The notes under the pieces were generated by a model. The model was not told the origin of the DNA. It made no database searches and worked only from the letters and a program-made list of their open reading frames with translations. Shown piece after piece: positions 27,722-38,494 of a stretch of 47,941 bases of DNA (positions are counted from its first letter, which is position 1; each line of letters opens with the position of its first letter). The position numbers and the translations under genes were made by a program. The DNA lies in IMG/VR virus record IMGVR_UViG_2606217105_000017. One strand, 5' to 3'. Source of the DNA: a virus (Duplodnaviria; Heunggongvirae; Uroviricota; Caudoviricetes).

Positions 27722-29024
27722 AGTGGCAGAACGCATCAGGGACGGAACCGTACCGTCTCCGGTGAAATTCTCCAACATGTGGCTGGTGAATTTGCGAATA
27801 ACCGGAACCGGGCTCGCCTATCGCGCCGGGCTGAAAGAGCACGTATGGCGTGATCCAAAGCTCTATCTGAACGAGGAGTTTCTAAGGCGATGCAATGGCC
27901 TTCCGGTTATCGCAAACCATCCTGACGACGCAGTTCTGACGGAGGAGGACTTTAAATCGCGGATCGTCGGCAGTGTCATGCTGCCGTATATCCGGGGTGA
28001 CGAGGTATGGGCGGTGTGCCGCGTTTACCTCCATAGCATTGTTGAAGAAATCACTGAGGGGGATGTTTCGACAAGTCCGTCGGTGGTGTTCAACAGCACA
28101 TCAGGAAATGTGGAAGTACAGGAAGGTGACACCAATTTTTTAATCGAGGGCGTTCCTTTCCTTGTTGATCACATCGCCCTGGTGACGAAAGACCACGGCT
28201 CGCTGGGCGTGTGGGATAAAGACCGGATCCCCGCAGGGGTTGAAGTGACAAATACAGGTGAAATCGAGATGGGAAAAGAAGAACTCCAGGCCCTGTTACA
28301 GGGGGTGGTGAACGATGCCCTGAGTGGCATTAATCAGAAAATCGATGGCGTCGTCACGCGCATGGACTCACTGGAACAGCGGGACAAAGCGCGGGCGGAT
28401 GCGGAAGAGCAGGCGAAAAAAGAGGCCGAAGAAAAGGCCAAAGCCGATGAAGCCGCAGAGGAACAGCGTAAAGCTGATGAAGCTGCGGCAAAGGAGGCGG
28501 AAGAAAAAGCCAAAGCTGACGAGGCGGCAGCTAAAGACGCTGAGGAGAAAGCAAAGGCTGATTCCGAAGCGGAAGAACAGCGTAAGGCTGACGAGGAGGC
28601 AGAAAAAGAACGCAATGACTCTGCCCTGGCAGAAGCACAGGCTAAAGCCGACTCCGCATTCAGTGCCTGCGGTAAAAACGCGCCAGCACCGTTTTCTGGT
28701 GAAAATGCGCTGGACTACCGCAAGCGTGCGCTAATCGCTATGCAGAAACACTCTCCGGCACATAAGGACGTCAATATTCGCGCGATTGCGGATTCTGCAA
28801 CGCTGGCTGTGCTTGAGGACGCAATTTTCAGTGCTGCCCGTCAGTCCATCGAAAAAGAAATGATGAGTACGCAGGGGCAACTGCATAAACGTATCCGCAA
28901 CGATGAAGCCGGGCGTCGCATTACTGAATATCAGGGCGATCCGAACGTCTGGCTAAGTGCTTTCAAAATTCCGGGGCGTCGTCTGGCAAAAATTAACACT
29001 CAAGGGAGCCTGAACAATGGCTGA
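27702..29024 (+). CDS. Putative prohead protease / scaffold protein with Ala/Glu/Lys-rich coiled-coil repeats (440 aa, GTG start)
   Basis: Position before capsid gene; central repeat (A)EEKAKADEAA x5. Confidence 0.45.
   Translation: MSLTELEVAERIRDGTVPSPVKFSNMWLVNLRITGTGLAYRAGLKEHVWRDPKLYLNEEFLRRCNGLPVIANHPDDAVLTEEDFKSRIVGSVMLPYIRGDEVWAVCRVYLHSIVEEITEGDVSTSPSVVFNSTSGNVEVQEGDTNFLIEGVPFLVDHIALVTKDHGSLGVWDKDRIPAGVEVTNTGEIEMGKEELQALLQGVVNDALSGINQKIDGVVTRMDSLEQRDKARADAEEQAKKEAEEKAKADEAAEEQRKADEAAAKEAEEKAKADEAAAKDAEEKAKADSEAEEQRKADEEAEKERNDSALAEAQAKADSAFSACGKNAPAPFSGENALDYRKRALIAMQKHSPAHKDVNIRAIADSATLAVLEDAIFSAARQSIEKEMMSTQGQLHKRIRNDEAGRRITEYQGDPNVWLSAFKIPGRRLAKINTQGSLNNG
28390..28620 (+). repeat. 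In-frame tandem repeats of about 30-36 nt encoding EEKAKADEAAA-type units
   Basis: Visible repetition of gaagaaaaagccaaagc(t/c)ga(t/c)ga(a/g)gc. Confidence 0.5.
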
Positions 29025-29634
29025 TATTAACTTTCATCCGTTTAAAAACCGTGGAGCATTTGGTGGCCTTTTTAACGTCGAATCCCGTGGGCTGATGCAG
29101 GGGGATGCGCAGGATGATCCGGCAATTCGTCTGCAACTTTGCTCCGGTCGACTGGACAGCAAAATCACTGAGCCGGTATGGGGTGGCGTTGGAGTTATGG
29201 AGTGCATTGCTCCCGCGAAAGACAGCGTTAACGGCGCGGTAATTAAGCAGGCTACACAAAACGCATGTAACGCCTTTACGGTCTTTAATCAGGCATTTCA
29301 TGGCATTACCACGCCGGATAATCCGGTGCCGTTATATCTCGCGGGTGGCTTTGTTCACTATTACCGCGTTGGCTCAGGTGCCCGCATTCCTCTCCCTGTC
29401 AGTGCAGAAGTTGTTGCGCTGGCTGATGGTAATAACACCGTTGCTGCCAGTGGTTTTGTGTGGGATCTGACGAAAAACATGGTTGATGTTTATTCGGGAT
29501 CACCCGGAGCTAATCCGAAAGTGGATATTAAATTGCTGATGGTTTCAGTTGACGGAAACCTGACGGTGAAAAAAGAGGATGGCGGTAACGTTGTCTGGGA
29601 AATCGGCAAACCGTGCGGCCTGTTTTTAATTTAA
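29017..29634 (+). CDS. Head-associated structural protein (205 aa), possibly decoration protein
   Basis: Position between scaffold and major capsid genes. Confidence 0.35.
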   Translation: MADINFHPFKNRGAFGGLFNVESRGLMQGDAQDDPAIRLQLCSGRLDSKITEPVWGGVGVMECIAPAKDSVNGAVIKQATQNACNAFTVFNQAFHGITTPDNPVPLYLAGGFVHYYRVGSGARIPLPVSAEVVALADGNNTVAASGFVWDLTKNMVDVYSGSPGANPKVDIKLLMVSVDGNLTVKKEDGGNVVWEIGKPCGLFLI

Positions 29635-29648
29635 GGGGATATTAATTA

Positions 29649-30677
29649 ATGAGCGCATTTACTCCTGCGACTACTATTGTGTCGCCGTCAATGGTGCTGC
29701 CGGAAATGATCGTGCAACAGAGCATGGCTTCCGGGGCGTTTGAAGTCCTGGCTGGTGGTGCTCCAGCGGTAAAAATCAGTTCCAGTGACTTGATGGTCTA
29801 TCAGAAATATTTGCGTATGACCTCGCAGGCGCAGGTCAGCCAGTCTCTGCCGGGCCAGTTGCCGTCTTCCAGTATTTCTGGCGGCTATGACGGGATGATG
29901 ACTTACCGAATTTCTTCCCGCTCGCAATACAGCTATCTCGATACTGATGCAGCAGATCGCTGGGGCTATTCTCTGATTGAAGGCCTCCGCCTGGCGAACC
30001 GCCAGGGACACGCTCAAATGTTGCGTAATATGCTGCTGTATGGCGTGAATGCAGCTAATAACGAGGGGATCACCAACTCCCCGAACGCAGTGACGCTGAA
30101 TCTGGGCAACGACAGCAAAGGGAATGATTCATATACCACCTGGGATTCCGGCGAGATGGCTAAATTAATGCTTGGCCTGATTGCTGACCAGAAAACCCGC
30201 ATGTTGCTGCTGGGGCAGCCATTAACGACTGTCATTCTGAGTCCGCAGCGATTCATGAAGGCGCTGGAGTGGACAGGAATTGTTGAGCTGACCAGTTACC
30301 AGCGTCCTGGTGGCGGTACCGGAACGGTGGGAACGATGGTTAAAGACGTCGCTGATAAGGCGACAGGCGATGACATCATTTTCTGCCAGGACGACACGCT
30401 GATCGGTAAAGGCGCTGGTGGTAATGATCTGATCATCGTTACGAACCCGACGATTGAGGTTCCGGAAGCGCGTCACGCCATTAACACCAATATTTTCTCC
30501 ACGCTGGTCCCGAACCAGCAGGCCGTCAACGTGATGTTCTGCGATATGGCAGCGCCGACGGAGATCCCATCTCCCATGCCGGATGGCGGCCTGACCACGT
30601 TGTATACCATGCGCGCGACGCCGGGCTGGAACTTCCGCCCTGAGGGGATCACCCTGTTGTCTGCCAAATACGCATAA
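29649..30677 (+). CDS. Major capsid protein (342 aa)
   Basis: Size and position; followed by a strong terminator. Confidence 0.55.
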   Translation: MSAFTPATTIVSPSMVLPEMIVQQSMASGAFEVLAGGAPAVKISSSDLMVYQKYLRMTSQAQVSQSLPGQLPSSSISGGYDGMMTYRISSRSQYSYLDTDAADRWGYSLIEGLRLANRQGHAQMLRNMLLYGVNAANNEGITNSPNAVTLNLGNDSKGNDSYTTWDSGEMAKLMLGLIADQKTRMLLLGQPLTTVILSPQRFMKALEWTGIVELTSYQRPGGGTGTVGTMVKDVADKATGDDIIFCQDDTLIGKGAGGNDLIIVTNPTIEVPEARHAINTNIFSTLVPNQQAVNVMFCDMAAPTEIPSPMPDGGLTTLYTMRATPGWNFRPEGITLLSAKYA

Positions 30678-30697
30678 ACGTTCAATCTGAAAACGCG

Positions 30698-30720
30698 GGG
30701 AGCTAAATGCTCCCTTTTTT
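30698..30720 (+). terminator. Rho-independent terminator after the capsid gene
   Basis: Hairpin GGGAGC-taaat-GCTCCC followed by T6. Confidence 0.65.
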
Positions 30721-30733
30721 GTGGGAAAAATTT

Positions 30734-31204
30734 ATGAAGCTCTACATCGCTAACTGCTCACGTCAGCCGCACACGTTCAACTACAAACTCCCCGAAAAAA
30801 CGCAGTCGTTCGGTGTGACAATTCCGTCCGGACGTCAGCATATGATCGAAAATCAGTCCGATATTATCGACCACATCATCCGACAGCATGAGCCTTACGG
30901 ATTCCAGCGTTGTGACAAGGTGGACAAGAATTTTTCCGGTATCTGCTATTCCATCGATAAACCTGTGAGCGTCGGTCGCATTGAGGATTGCGCGGAGCAG
31001 AAAACGGAAAATCTGGAATCCATGTCAGAGGAAATTCTCGCGGCCAGCGCCGTATCGCTGAATAACGCAGTGGATCAGGCAGTGATTCAGAGTGGCGAAA
31101 AACCTCAACCGGGCGGTATTGAGATGGAAATCACCGGGGAAGCGATCAACACCGAACAGGAAAATCCGCCCAGCACAAAGCGAAATATTAAGGTTAAAAA
31201 ATAA
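30734..31204 (+). CDS. Head-tail joining / structural protein (156 aa)
   Basis: ORF in structural operon; ORF-track start 30707 lies within the terminator. Confidence 0.4.
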   Translation: MKLYIANCSRQPHTFNYKLPEKTQSFGVTIPSGRQHMIENQSDIIDHIIRQHEPYGFQRCDKVDKNFSGICYSIDKPVSVGRIEDCAEQKTENLESMSEEILAASAVSLNNAVDQAVIQSGEKPQPGGIEMEITGEAINTEQENPPSTKRNIKVKK

Positions 31205-31644
31205 TGAACCTGCGTCCGTCACTGGAGGGATTTATCCGCTTCGTTCGTGATGACATGCAAGTACCGGTTCACGCTATTGCTGACGATGATCCGACGCTGG
31301 AATGTTGCTTTCAGTCTGCGATGGAGCTAATCCCTCACGATCAGGGGCTGGAGCGTTTACCCATCATCTATGTGCGAACGGTTTATAACGCTGCCGCCTC
31401 ATTTCTCCTGAATTTCGCTCCCGGCTCGTGGTTTGCCGACCTGAGAAAAAAACTCAACCTTGGGAAGCTGGCTACCGGGCTTGTCAGCGCGGCAGCAGAC
31501 CAGGGGACATCAGGCTCGATCACCATCAGCGACGCGCTGAGTAATCTGTCTTTGCTGGATTTGCAGATGTTGCAGGATCCGTATGGACGACAGGTTGTTG
31601 CGGTGCTGATGCAGATGGGCACGGTATGGGGGTACACGCCATGA
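31204..31644 (+). CDS. Head-tail connector protein (146 aa)
   Basis: Translationally coupled ORF in structural module. Confidence 0.4.
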   Translation: MNLRPSLEGFIRFVRDDMQVPVHAIADDDPTLECCFQSAMELIPHDQGLERLPIIYVRTVYNAAASFLLNFAPGSWFADLRKKLNLGKLATGLVSAAADQGTSGSITISDALSNLSLLDLQMLQDPYGRQVVAVLMQMGTVWGYTP

Positions 31645-32081
31645 AACTTTGTTTTGGGGTTATCGACCAGCCGTATGACTACGGCGACGAACCGGGAAAA
31701 ACCACGTTTGACGTGGCCTGTGACCTCGAGGAGCGATACGAAATTTTTACGCACTTCTGGGAAATGCATAAGGACGAGATTATCCAGGAGGCAGGGGAGA
31801 TGGTCGCGTTCCAGCTCATTAGCCATCTCAAAAATAAAGTGCCGTTGCCACCTGTGCAGGTTATGGGCGATACCCGCGGGATTTTTCACCGTTTTCTGGA
31901 AGCTGAGGAAATGGCCGGGATGACTATTAATGGGAATGAGATCCCAACTTGGGCCGCCCGAAGGGGGGTTAATTCTAGGTTAAAAGATAAATATACCGGG
32001 ATACGACGCCCGTCATTCATAGACGGCGGCCTGTTTAAGGGCAGCTTTATAGCGTGGATAGATAACAATGCCGAGTCTTGA
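31641..32081 (+). CDS. Structural protein (146 aa from ATGA-overlapping ATG)
   Basis: ATGA overlap with the previous stop. Confidence 0.4.
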   Translation: MKLCFGVIDQPYDYGDEPGKTTFDVACDLEERYEIFTHFWEMHKDEIIQEAGEMVAFQLISHLKNKVPLPPVQVMGDTRGIFHRFLEAEEMAGMTINGNEIPTWAARRGVNSRLKDKYTGIRRPSFIDGGLFKGSFIAWIDNNAES

Positions 32082-33012
32082 GGAATTAGCCGAACAGCAC
32101 AGTTCGCAGCTCTCGTCCGTTCTTAAATCCGCAGTTGAAACCATCTCGTCAGACCAGGAAATCACGTTCAGGCTTTATGTCCGGCAGGTTCTACCGCTGG
32201 ATGGCTTTGTCTATTGGGTTAATGCGGAAATCATCAGTTGCGATGAACTGTGTCGCCTGAATATTGAGTCACCAACTCGTCTGAAAATCAAAGGCAGCCT
32301 GCATCGTCAGATTATTGCGATTCAGGACGAGTCTGTCTCGAAGGATGTGAACAACATTATTTTCACGCCTGTTCAGCAGGTTGATGATTTTAATGTGGAA
32401 AATCCCGATGCGATCTATCTCGGTGAGTACGGCGGCGTCCAGTTCGCTTTTTCACGAATGGAGAGCCGTTATCAGCAGTCGGGTATTTGTCATTATCGCG
32501 GTATGGCGATTTTACCAACCATGCGCTCTCAGATTATCGACTGCGAGGAGGATATCAGCGACGAGCAGATCATCTCCAACAGCATCCCGATCTGGCTGCA
32601 AATGAAAGATGCCGCGACCGTGTATCCGTCTTACCTGGTACCTCAGAACCTTCGTCCTCCGTATATCGCGGTGGATGTTCGCAAAAGTATTCCTTTGCAG
32701 GTGGCTCCCGTTGTTTTCGGTGGTGAGCGGTTTCAGCTCGTCCAGGATTCGGTTCGCCTGACGCTTTACGGATTCAGCAACAAAATGGCGCTGGATCTTG
32801 TCGACTCGGTGGTGAACAGGGCGCTGGAGGAGGAAAAGTTTGGTGTAACCAATATTCCGGTGGTTCAGGACGCAAAGTCGGGACAGGTTGAAATCAACGC
32901 TCTGGCGAAGAAAAAGATTATCGATTTTGACGTGAATTACTACCAGAGCACCGCCCGGGAAATATCCCGGCAGTTGATTGAAAAAGTTATTTGTAAATAT
33001 GAGGTTAAATAA
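32068..33012 (+). CDS. Structural protein (314 aa)
   Basis: Coupled ORF before the putative sheath gene. Confidence 0.4.
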   Translation: MPSLEELAEQHSSQLSSVLKSAVETISSDQEITFRLYVRQVLPLDGFVYWVNAEIISCDELCRLNIESPTRLKIKGSLHRQIIAIQDESVSKDVNNIIFTPVQQVDDFNVENPDAIYLGEYGGVQFAFSRMESRYQQSGICHYRGMAILPTMRSQIIDCEEDISDEQIISNSIPIWLQMKDAATVYPSYLVPQNLRPPYIAVDVRKSIPLQVAPVVFGGERFQLVQDSVRLTLYGFSNKMALDLVDSVVNRALEEEKFGVTNIPVVQDAKSGQVEINALAKKKIIDFDVNYYQSTAREISRQLIEKVICKYEVK

Positions 33013-34349
33013 TGGGATTTAATATCGTCACGGTGAATGTGTCCCAGACCATCGGGGCCATTCCCTCGAATTTGCAGCAGATGTCTGCGGTTCTCTCGTT
33101 TGGTTCCACGACTCATGAGCCGGGAAAACCCGTATTACTCACGCGTAATCAGGACATTAACGATCTGGTTAAAAATCCGATTGCTGCGTTGTCGGCGGCT
33201 GCCACAGGAAAATCTGCGGCAAACGTCACCGTTACGATGACGCTTCTGGAGGGGAGTAATATCCGGCGCGAAAACAGTTCTGAGGTGAAAATTGTTGTTT
33301 CCGGGTGTTCGCCCGACGCGTGGAATGGCGAATATACTGCTACCGTCACGGATGAAAAAACACTGACCTGGACAATAGCTGATTCTCAGCTTTCCGGTTC
33401 GCCAGTGACACTGGGCCAGTTTTCCATTGCTGGCAGTGAAAATCTGGTGACGGCGGTGAACACATTTTTTGCCCAGGGAAATTCAGTCGGGACTTACCTG
33501 CTGGAACTGGGTGTGCAGACAGGCGGAGTCAGTAAGGAAATCGCTGCGCTGAAATATTATATGGAAGATCCGCTCCAGCGTTTTTACGCTTACCTGGTAC
33601 CGCAGACGTGGGATGGCGACGCAGAGTTTATCAGTCTGGCAAAACTCTACACCGCCAACGAAGCGATGCAGTATTTCTTCGTGCTGACGAAAACGCCGGA
33701 CGACACGAATTACGTTTCGCCTTATGCCGGTATTAAGTCGGTTATTGCAACGGTGGATGATACGTATCCGGCGACAAACGCGGCAGCAGCCGTAATGTGG
33801 AACTATGTTTCCGCATCACCTTCAGAAATCAACAAGGTGCCGCCGATGGCATTTCGCTATCTACAGGCGGTAAACGCCCACAAGGGCAAAAATTCAATTC
33901 TGGTCACGATGACGAAGCAGAATATTAACTACGTCGACACGGGGACTGAGGGGGGAATTTCCAACACGATTCTGGTGAAAGGCGTTACCAGTGACGGTAA
34001 CGATATGACGTACTGGTATTCGGTGGACTGGGTGCAGATTAATGTCGATATGCAGCTCGCCAACACGGTGATCAACGGCAGCAATAACTCAATTAACCCG
34101 CTTTACTACAACCAGGACGGGATCGACCGTCTACAGCAGGTCGCACAGGCGGTGTTCAATACGGGCGTATCTTACGGCCTGGTCAACGGCCAGCCTGTCG
34201 TCGATGCAGTGCCTTTCCGCCAGTATATCAACACTAATCCCAATGATTACGGTATCGGGCGTTATGCAGGCCTTTCGGCCTCCTATACGCCGATGCGCGG
34301 ATTTGTCGAAATCATTTTTAACATCAATGTGACAATGCAGCTTTCGTGA
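33012..34349 (+). CDS. Putative tail sheath protein (445 aa)
   Basis: Size and order: sheath, tube, chaperone, tape measure. Confidence 0.45.
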   Translation: MGFNIVTVNVSQTIGAIPSNLQQMSAVLSFGSTTHEPGKPVLLTRNQDINDLVKNPIAALSAAATGKSAANVTVTMTLLEGSNIRRENSSEVKIVVSGCSPDAWNGEYTATVTDEKTLTWTIADSQLSGSPVTLGQFSIAGSENLVTAVNTFFAQGNSVGTYLLELGVQTGGVSKEIAALKYYMEDPLQRFYAYLVPQTWDGDAEFISLAKLYTANEAMQYFFVLTKTPDDTNYVSPYAGIKSVIATVDDTYPATNAAAAVMWNYVSASPSEINKVPPMAFRYLQAVNAHKGKNSILVTMTKQNINYVDTGTEGGISNTILVKGVTSDGNDMTYWYSVDWVQINVDMQLANTVINGSNNSINPLYYNQDGIDRLQQVAQAVFNTGVSYGLVNGQPVVDAVPFRQYINTNPNDYGIGRYAGLSASYTPMRGFVEIIFNINVTMQLS

Positions 34350-34360
34350 GGGACTGAACC

Positions 34361-34804
34361 GTGCCTAATCCAATGATCCCCGTTGGCACCCTTAACCGGG
34401 TTCGCGCCAGCGTTAAATTCACCTCCCATTCTGAACTGAATGTGTCCGCCTCTTTTCTGGCAAAAGAAGGCGTCGAATTGTCCTTTCAGGGCAATATCAC
34501 GGAGTTTTTACCCGCTATGACGGGAGCCGTGCAGTCGCCGCAGCCATACATGATTTTACAGGCGCGTGTTCATCTGCTGCGTAGCCAGGCGCTGGGAAAA
34601 CAATTCAAGGGGCAATGGGAAAAGAATGCCACTATCGGCGACGCAAAAGTGTATAGCGACAGCACGGTGTTCGGTGACTTCGATATCTATAACACGGCGA
34701 TCACCAACGTGCAGGATATGACCTTCGCCGGGGGCGAGCCGGGTGTGGCCATCACCATTACTGGTACGTATTACATCAACTCTGAAATGTGGGATCTGGT
34801 ATGA
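34361..34804 (+). CDS. Putative tail tube protein (147 aa)
   Basis: Size and position. Confidence 0.4.
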   Translation: MPNPMIPVGTLNRVRASVKFTSHSELNVSASFLAKEGVELSFQGNITEFLPAMTGAVQSPQPYMILQARVHLLRSQALGKQFKGQWEKNATIGDAKVYSDSTVFGDFDIYNTAITNVQDMTFAGGEPGVAITITGTYYINSEMWDLV

Positions 34805-35484
34805 AAATCGCGCGAAATTTAAACCTGATTATTCCTGTCCGGACAGAAAAGGGTAATGGCTGGATCCATGCCACGCCGATCAGCAAAGAGGTGTTTAAAG
34901 AGCATTTCTTCATTCTGAGTAAAACTTTTTCTGCCATTTTTTCAGAAGGTCTTGGCGTCGTTGCGGGTCCGCGTATCGCTTTTTTGATGCTGGAGCGGAT
35001 CTCGCGTGATTCTAATATCTGGGAAGGTGATAAAGGGGTCCGTAATACACTTGTTAATGAGGTCATTCGCCTGGCAAACCTTGTTTACCCAGTGGAGGGT
35101 AAAGGCTACGACACAATCCCTCTCGATATGGCGCTGGAGCGTGAAATCATTGATTTGGATGAAGTGGCGGGGGGGCTCATTTTTTTTTCATGCGTCTCGT
35201 CGATAAAATTCACCGGAGCAGGCGAAGGGGACTATGGATGTGGTCAATGGAGTATGGAGCACTCAATGCTCGTTATTGAATCTTACGGAATGGATCGCTT
35301 CATTGCCGACATTGAAATCAGCCGCCAGTTCTGGCGCGACGGCGAACACGTCATCAGCGACATCCTCGACTACTCAGCCGGAGCCGGATTCAGAGACATC
35401 TGTGCAGATTCCGGCCTAAATGTAAAAACAGCAGCTCAGTTTCGTGAGCTGCTCAAATTCAAAAATCCCGCAGGAGTATTGTGA
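34801..35484 (+). CDS. Putative tail assembly chaperone (227 aa)
   Basis: ATGA overlap with tube gene; lies directly before the tape measure gene; contains G7 and T8 homopolymers. Confidence 0.35.
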   Translation: MKIARNLNLIIPVRTEKGNGWIHATPISKEVFKEHFFILSKTFSAIFSEGLGVVAGPRIAFLMLERISRDSNIWEGDKGVRNTLVNEVIRLANLVYPVEGKGYDTIPLDMALEREIIDLDEVAGGLIFFSCVSSIKFTGAGEGDYGCGQWSMEHSMLVIESYGMDRFIADIEISRQFWRDGEHVISDILDYSAGAGFRDICADSGLNVKTAAQFRELLKFKNPAGVL

Positions 35485-37559
35485 TGGCTGGTAACCAGAT
35501 GCCAGTTCTGACGCTGGATGTTAATGAAGAACATCTCAGGCGGCTTGAGGCGATATTTGAAAAGTATCGCAACGGACTGATGATTGGCCCTGCCGGTACG
35601 CCGCTTAAAATACCTTCAAATACAGGGCCGGGAGGTGGCTCTTGGCAGACAACCACAGGCGGAGAAGCCAATCAGGCTCCCAGGAAACCATCTTCACCCG
35701 CGCCAGTTCTGGCTGCTTCCACTGATGGACGTTTAAGGGATGAAAAATGGCGCTTTGTTGGCAGCGGGAAAACACCTGATTCGCTGGTGAGCAACTATAA
35801 AGGTCGCGGCGAAACGATGTTTGATAAGTACCTCAGCGGGCTGGGGAAAAACGCCAAACAGACGCTGAAAACTTACAAGCAGATCAATTCTACGCTACGG
35901 ACGACCACTTCGAGATTAAACAACCTGTTTAAAACCACCGTATCGTGGGGGACAAAACTTGCGGTTATGGGCGTTGCAGGGCCGTTTGGCTTTGGCATGA
36001 TGGCTCGTAATGTTGTAGAGAAACAGAAAAATGCTGATGAATTGCAGGCAACGCCAGGAGAGTTAAAGGCGGCAGAAAGCACTTATTCGCCTTATTTTTC
36101 CGGTGTTGGTAATTTGCTCAATACACTGGCAGCCGCGCAAAATGACACTCAGCATCCTGCCTACAACGGGCTAATTGGATTAGGGATAAATCCTAAAAAA
36201 GGGGCAGCAGAAAATCTTCCTGTATTGTTAGAAAGAGTTGCTGCTCTTGCAAAGGAGTATGAGGGAACCGGACTTACTCAGAGCATGCTCAGAGGTCGTG
36301 GCCTTGGATGGGTAAATTTTGGTATTGCTAACCAGTTAGTCAAATATCAGGACAAAATACCTGAACTCAACAAAGAGTTTTTATCGCGAGCTTCTCAGAA
36401 TGACTCGTTGCTCACCTCTGGACATACAAGCCAGTATCAGAATCTTACCAGCAACTTAGAAAATAACTGGGATCAACTTACCAGCGGATTTCAGGGGGCA
36501 ATGTCGGGTAACTCTGTACAGCTAATTAGAATATCTAATGGTGTAAAGAATGCTGGTCTAAATTTCCTTAACGGTGAGAACTTTAAAAGAATTTTGACTG
36601 ATGTTGAAACAGGTCTGGATAAACTTGGTAAGTATGTAAATGGCCCGGATTTTAATAACGACCTGAATAATTTTGCCGAAAATGTTGCAAAGGTTGTTAA
36701 GGCACTTAGCGGGTTTGTTGGTTTTGCGGTTGAACATCCCTGGCTTTTTGGGGCCGCAGTACTTGCTGGACCATCGAGAGTTGGTGCTGTGGCAGCCACA
36801 ACGACCGGAGTTGCCGCCCGTGTTGTTGGTGGAAGTCTTCTTGGGGCTACAGCCGGAACAGTAGCTGGATTGGCTATTCCTACAAATGACACACCTACCA
36901 CCAGTGAGGAAATGAAAGGGCTGGAGGGGCGTTTCAACTTTGATTATTTTAACGAAGTGCAGGAGTGGCAAAAAAACAATCCGGGTAAGGTCTGGCCTGG
37001 AGGATTGCAGGGATTTTCAAATCAAGTAAACAGATCTGCATATTTATCCAGAGGGATCAGGAATAACAATCCCGGAAATCTTAATTTCGCAGGACAAAAA
37101 GGGGCTACCCTGGAATCGGGGCCAAATGCCCGTTTTGCCAGCTTCCCGACGATGCTGGAAGGCATTGCTGCCTTAGATCGGCAGGTAATGCTATACCTGA
37201 AACGCGGCAAAAATACGATTGATCAGATTATTGATATTTATGCCCCTTCATCTGATGGAAATAACACATCGTCCTATAAAAGCTATCTCGCTCAGTACAC
37301 CGGATTAGGTGTTAAGGAGAAAATCGATGGTTCTAATTTTGAGATAATGAGAAAGCTAATTCAGGGCATTATTAACCATGAAAATGGGGACGCCGCTCGT
37401 GCAGTAAGTGGCGATGATGTGATGCGGGCGCTGGCAATGAACCGGGGGAACGTATATTCACCAAATAATACTTCTCAGGTAATCAGGCTCGACGTTCAAC
37501 AAAAACCAGGTTCCGACATACTGGCACAACTCGCCGGAATGCAACAAATATCGGGGTAA
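35484..37559 (+). CDS. Tail tape measure protein (691 aa)
   Basis: Largest tail ORF; Gly/Ala-rich hydrophobic central region; AGGAG SD. Confidence 0.5.
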   Translation: MAGNQMPVLTLDVNEEHLRRLEAIFEKYRNGLMIGPAGTPLKIPSNTGPGGGSWQTTTGGEANQAPRKPSSPAPVLAASTDGRLRDEKWRFVGSGKTPDSLVSNYKGRGETMFDKYLSGLGKNAKQTLKTYKQINSTLRTTTSRLNNLFKTTVSWGTKLAVMGVAGPFGFGMMARNVVEKQKNADELQATPGELKAAESTYSPYFSGVGNLLNTLAAAQNDTQHPAYNGLIGLGINPKKGAAENLPVLLERVAALAKEYEGTGLTQSMLRGRGLGWVNFGIANQLVKYQDKIPELNKEFLSRASQNDSLLTSGHTSQYQNLTSNLENNWDQLTSGFQGAMSGNSVQLIRISNGVKNAGLNFLNGENFKRILTDVETGLDKLGKYVNGPDFNNDLNNFAENVAKVVKALSGFVGFAVEHPWLFGAAVLAGPSRVGAVAATTTGVAARVVGGSLLGATAGTVAGLAIPTNDTPTTSEEMKGLEGRFNFDYFNEVQEWQKNNPGKVWPGGLQGFSNQVNRSAYLSRGIRNNNPGNLNFAGQKGATLESGPNARFASFPTMLEGIAALDRQVMLYLKRGKNTIDQIIDIYAPSSDGNNTSSYKSYLAQYTGLGVKEKIDGSNFEIMRKLIQGIINHENGDAARAVSGDDVMRALAMNRGNVYSPNNTSQVIRLDVQQKPGSDILAQLAGMQQISG

Positions 37560-37562
37560 ACC

Positions 37563-38231
37563 ATGTCACTTAATTACTTTGGACAAGCTTTCAAACTGGC
37601 GTTTGAAGTATCGCCCATTCTTTTAGTTGATGGCATAGCGTCGAAAATTCCCGGCGGGGTGATGCCGATTGCTGTTTTGACCGAAGGCCTAAGCATTGTG
37701 AACGGTCTGCTGCATGGCGAGATTCGTACACGCTCGATGGCGGCATTTACCCCGATGGCGGGGACAACGTTGGTTCAGCAGGATATTTGCAACCTGAATT
37801 TCTATAACCAGGTGACGGCAGCGAATGCAACCGTCAAGAAGCCTAACCGGGTAGTCATGCAGATGATCCGTCCGGCATCAACGGAGGACGGTGGCTACAT
37901 CACTAAGGGGATGACATTCACGGCGCTGAAAATGGCGCTCGATATGCATAACCAGTATGGCGGTTGTTACACCGTAATGACGCCATCTTTCATCTACACG
38001 CGCTGTCTGATGCGGTCGTTTATCGATACATCCGGTTTCTCTGAGCAGAACAAGCAGGTTCAGCACACCTGGCAGATTGAGTTTGAGCAACCATTGTCGT
38101 CTGTCGAACAAACGGTAAAAACGCTGGCGAGCGTTCTGGATAAATTTGATAAAGGGATGCCGTCAGACGGGGCGCTATCGTGGTCAGGTATTAAGAACCA
38201 GGTCGTGCAGGAGTTTGGTTTTGGCTTATGA
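37563..38231 (+). CDS. Tail / baseplate protein (222 aa)
   Basis: Position after tape measure. Confidence 0.4.
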   Translation: MSLNYFGQAFKLAFEVSPILLVDGIASKIPGGVMPIAVLTEGLSIVNGLLHGEIRTRSMAAFTPMAGTTLVQQDICNLNFYNQVTAANATVKKPNRVVMQMIRPASTEDGGYITKGMTFTALKMALDMHNQYGGCYTVMTPSFIYTRCLMRSFIDTSGFSEQNKQVQHTWQIEFEQPLSSVEQTVKTLASVLDKFDKGMPSDGALSWSGIKNQVVQEFGFGL

Positions 38232-38494
38232 CAACGTTAATTCCTTTCAAACCTGACGGGCGAGGACCATTTCAGTTCACGGCCAGAATCGGAGAATATG
38301 AAACATTCGCCCGCGTTCCGTTTAATCTGTATGCAAATCGTTATTACCTGGAACTGAAAGACAGTTCAGGCGACGTGATTGTATACATGCCTTTAATCGC
38401 GTCACCTGACAGTTACGACATCAATCTGGCGCTGCCTTGCTCACCGGGGAAACTTGTTTTTCGCGAAAGTACGAATCAGTTTGAGGTTTCGTAA
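38228..38494 (+). CDS. Small tail protein (88 aa)
   Basis: Coupled ORF. Confidence 0.4.
   Translation: MTTLIPFKPDGRGPFQFTARIGEYETFARVPFNLYANRYYLELKDSSGDVIVYMPLIASPDSYDINLALPCSPGKLVFRESTNQFEVS

Noticed and set aside
28324-28734. Alternative-frame ORFs (136 aa plus, 93 aa minus) and a possible CRISPR-like repeat array
   Set aside because: They fall in the in-frame Ala/Glu/Lys tandem repeat of the scaffold gene. The repeats are coding, imperfect and have no unique spacers, so this is not a CRISPR array.
35169-35188. G7 and T8 homopolymers (T_TTT_TTT heptamer) as a programmed -1 frameshift site in the tail chaperone gene
   Set aside because: The -1 frame terminates after about 30 codons, giving a product shorter than the zero-frame protein, which is the opposite of the G/GT pattern. 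No supported frameshift product.
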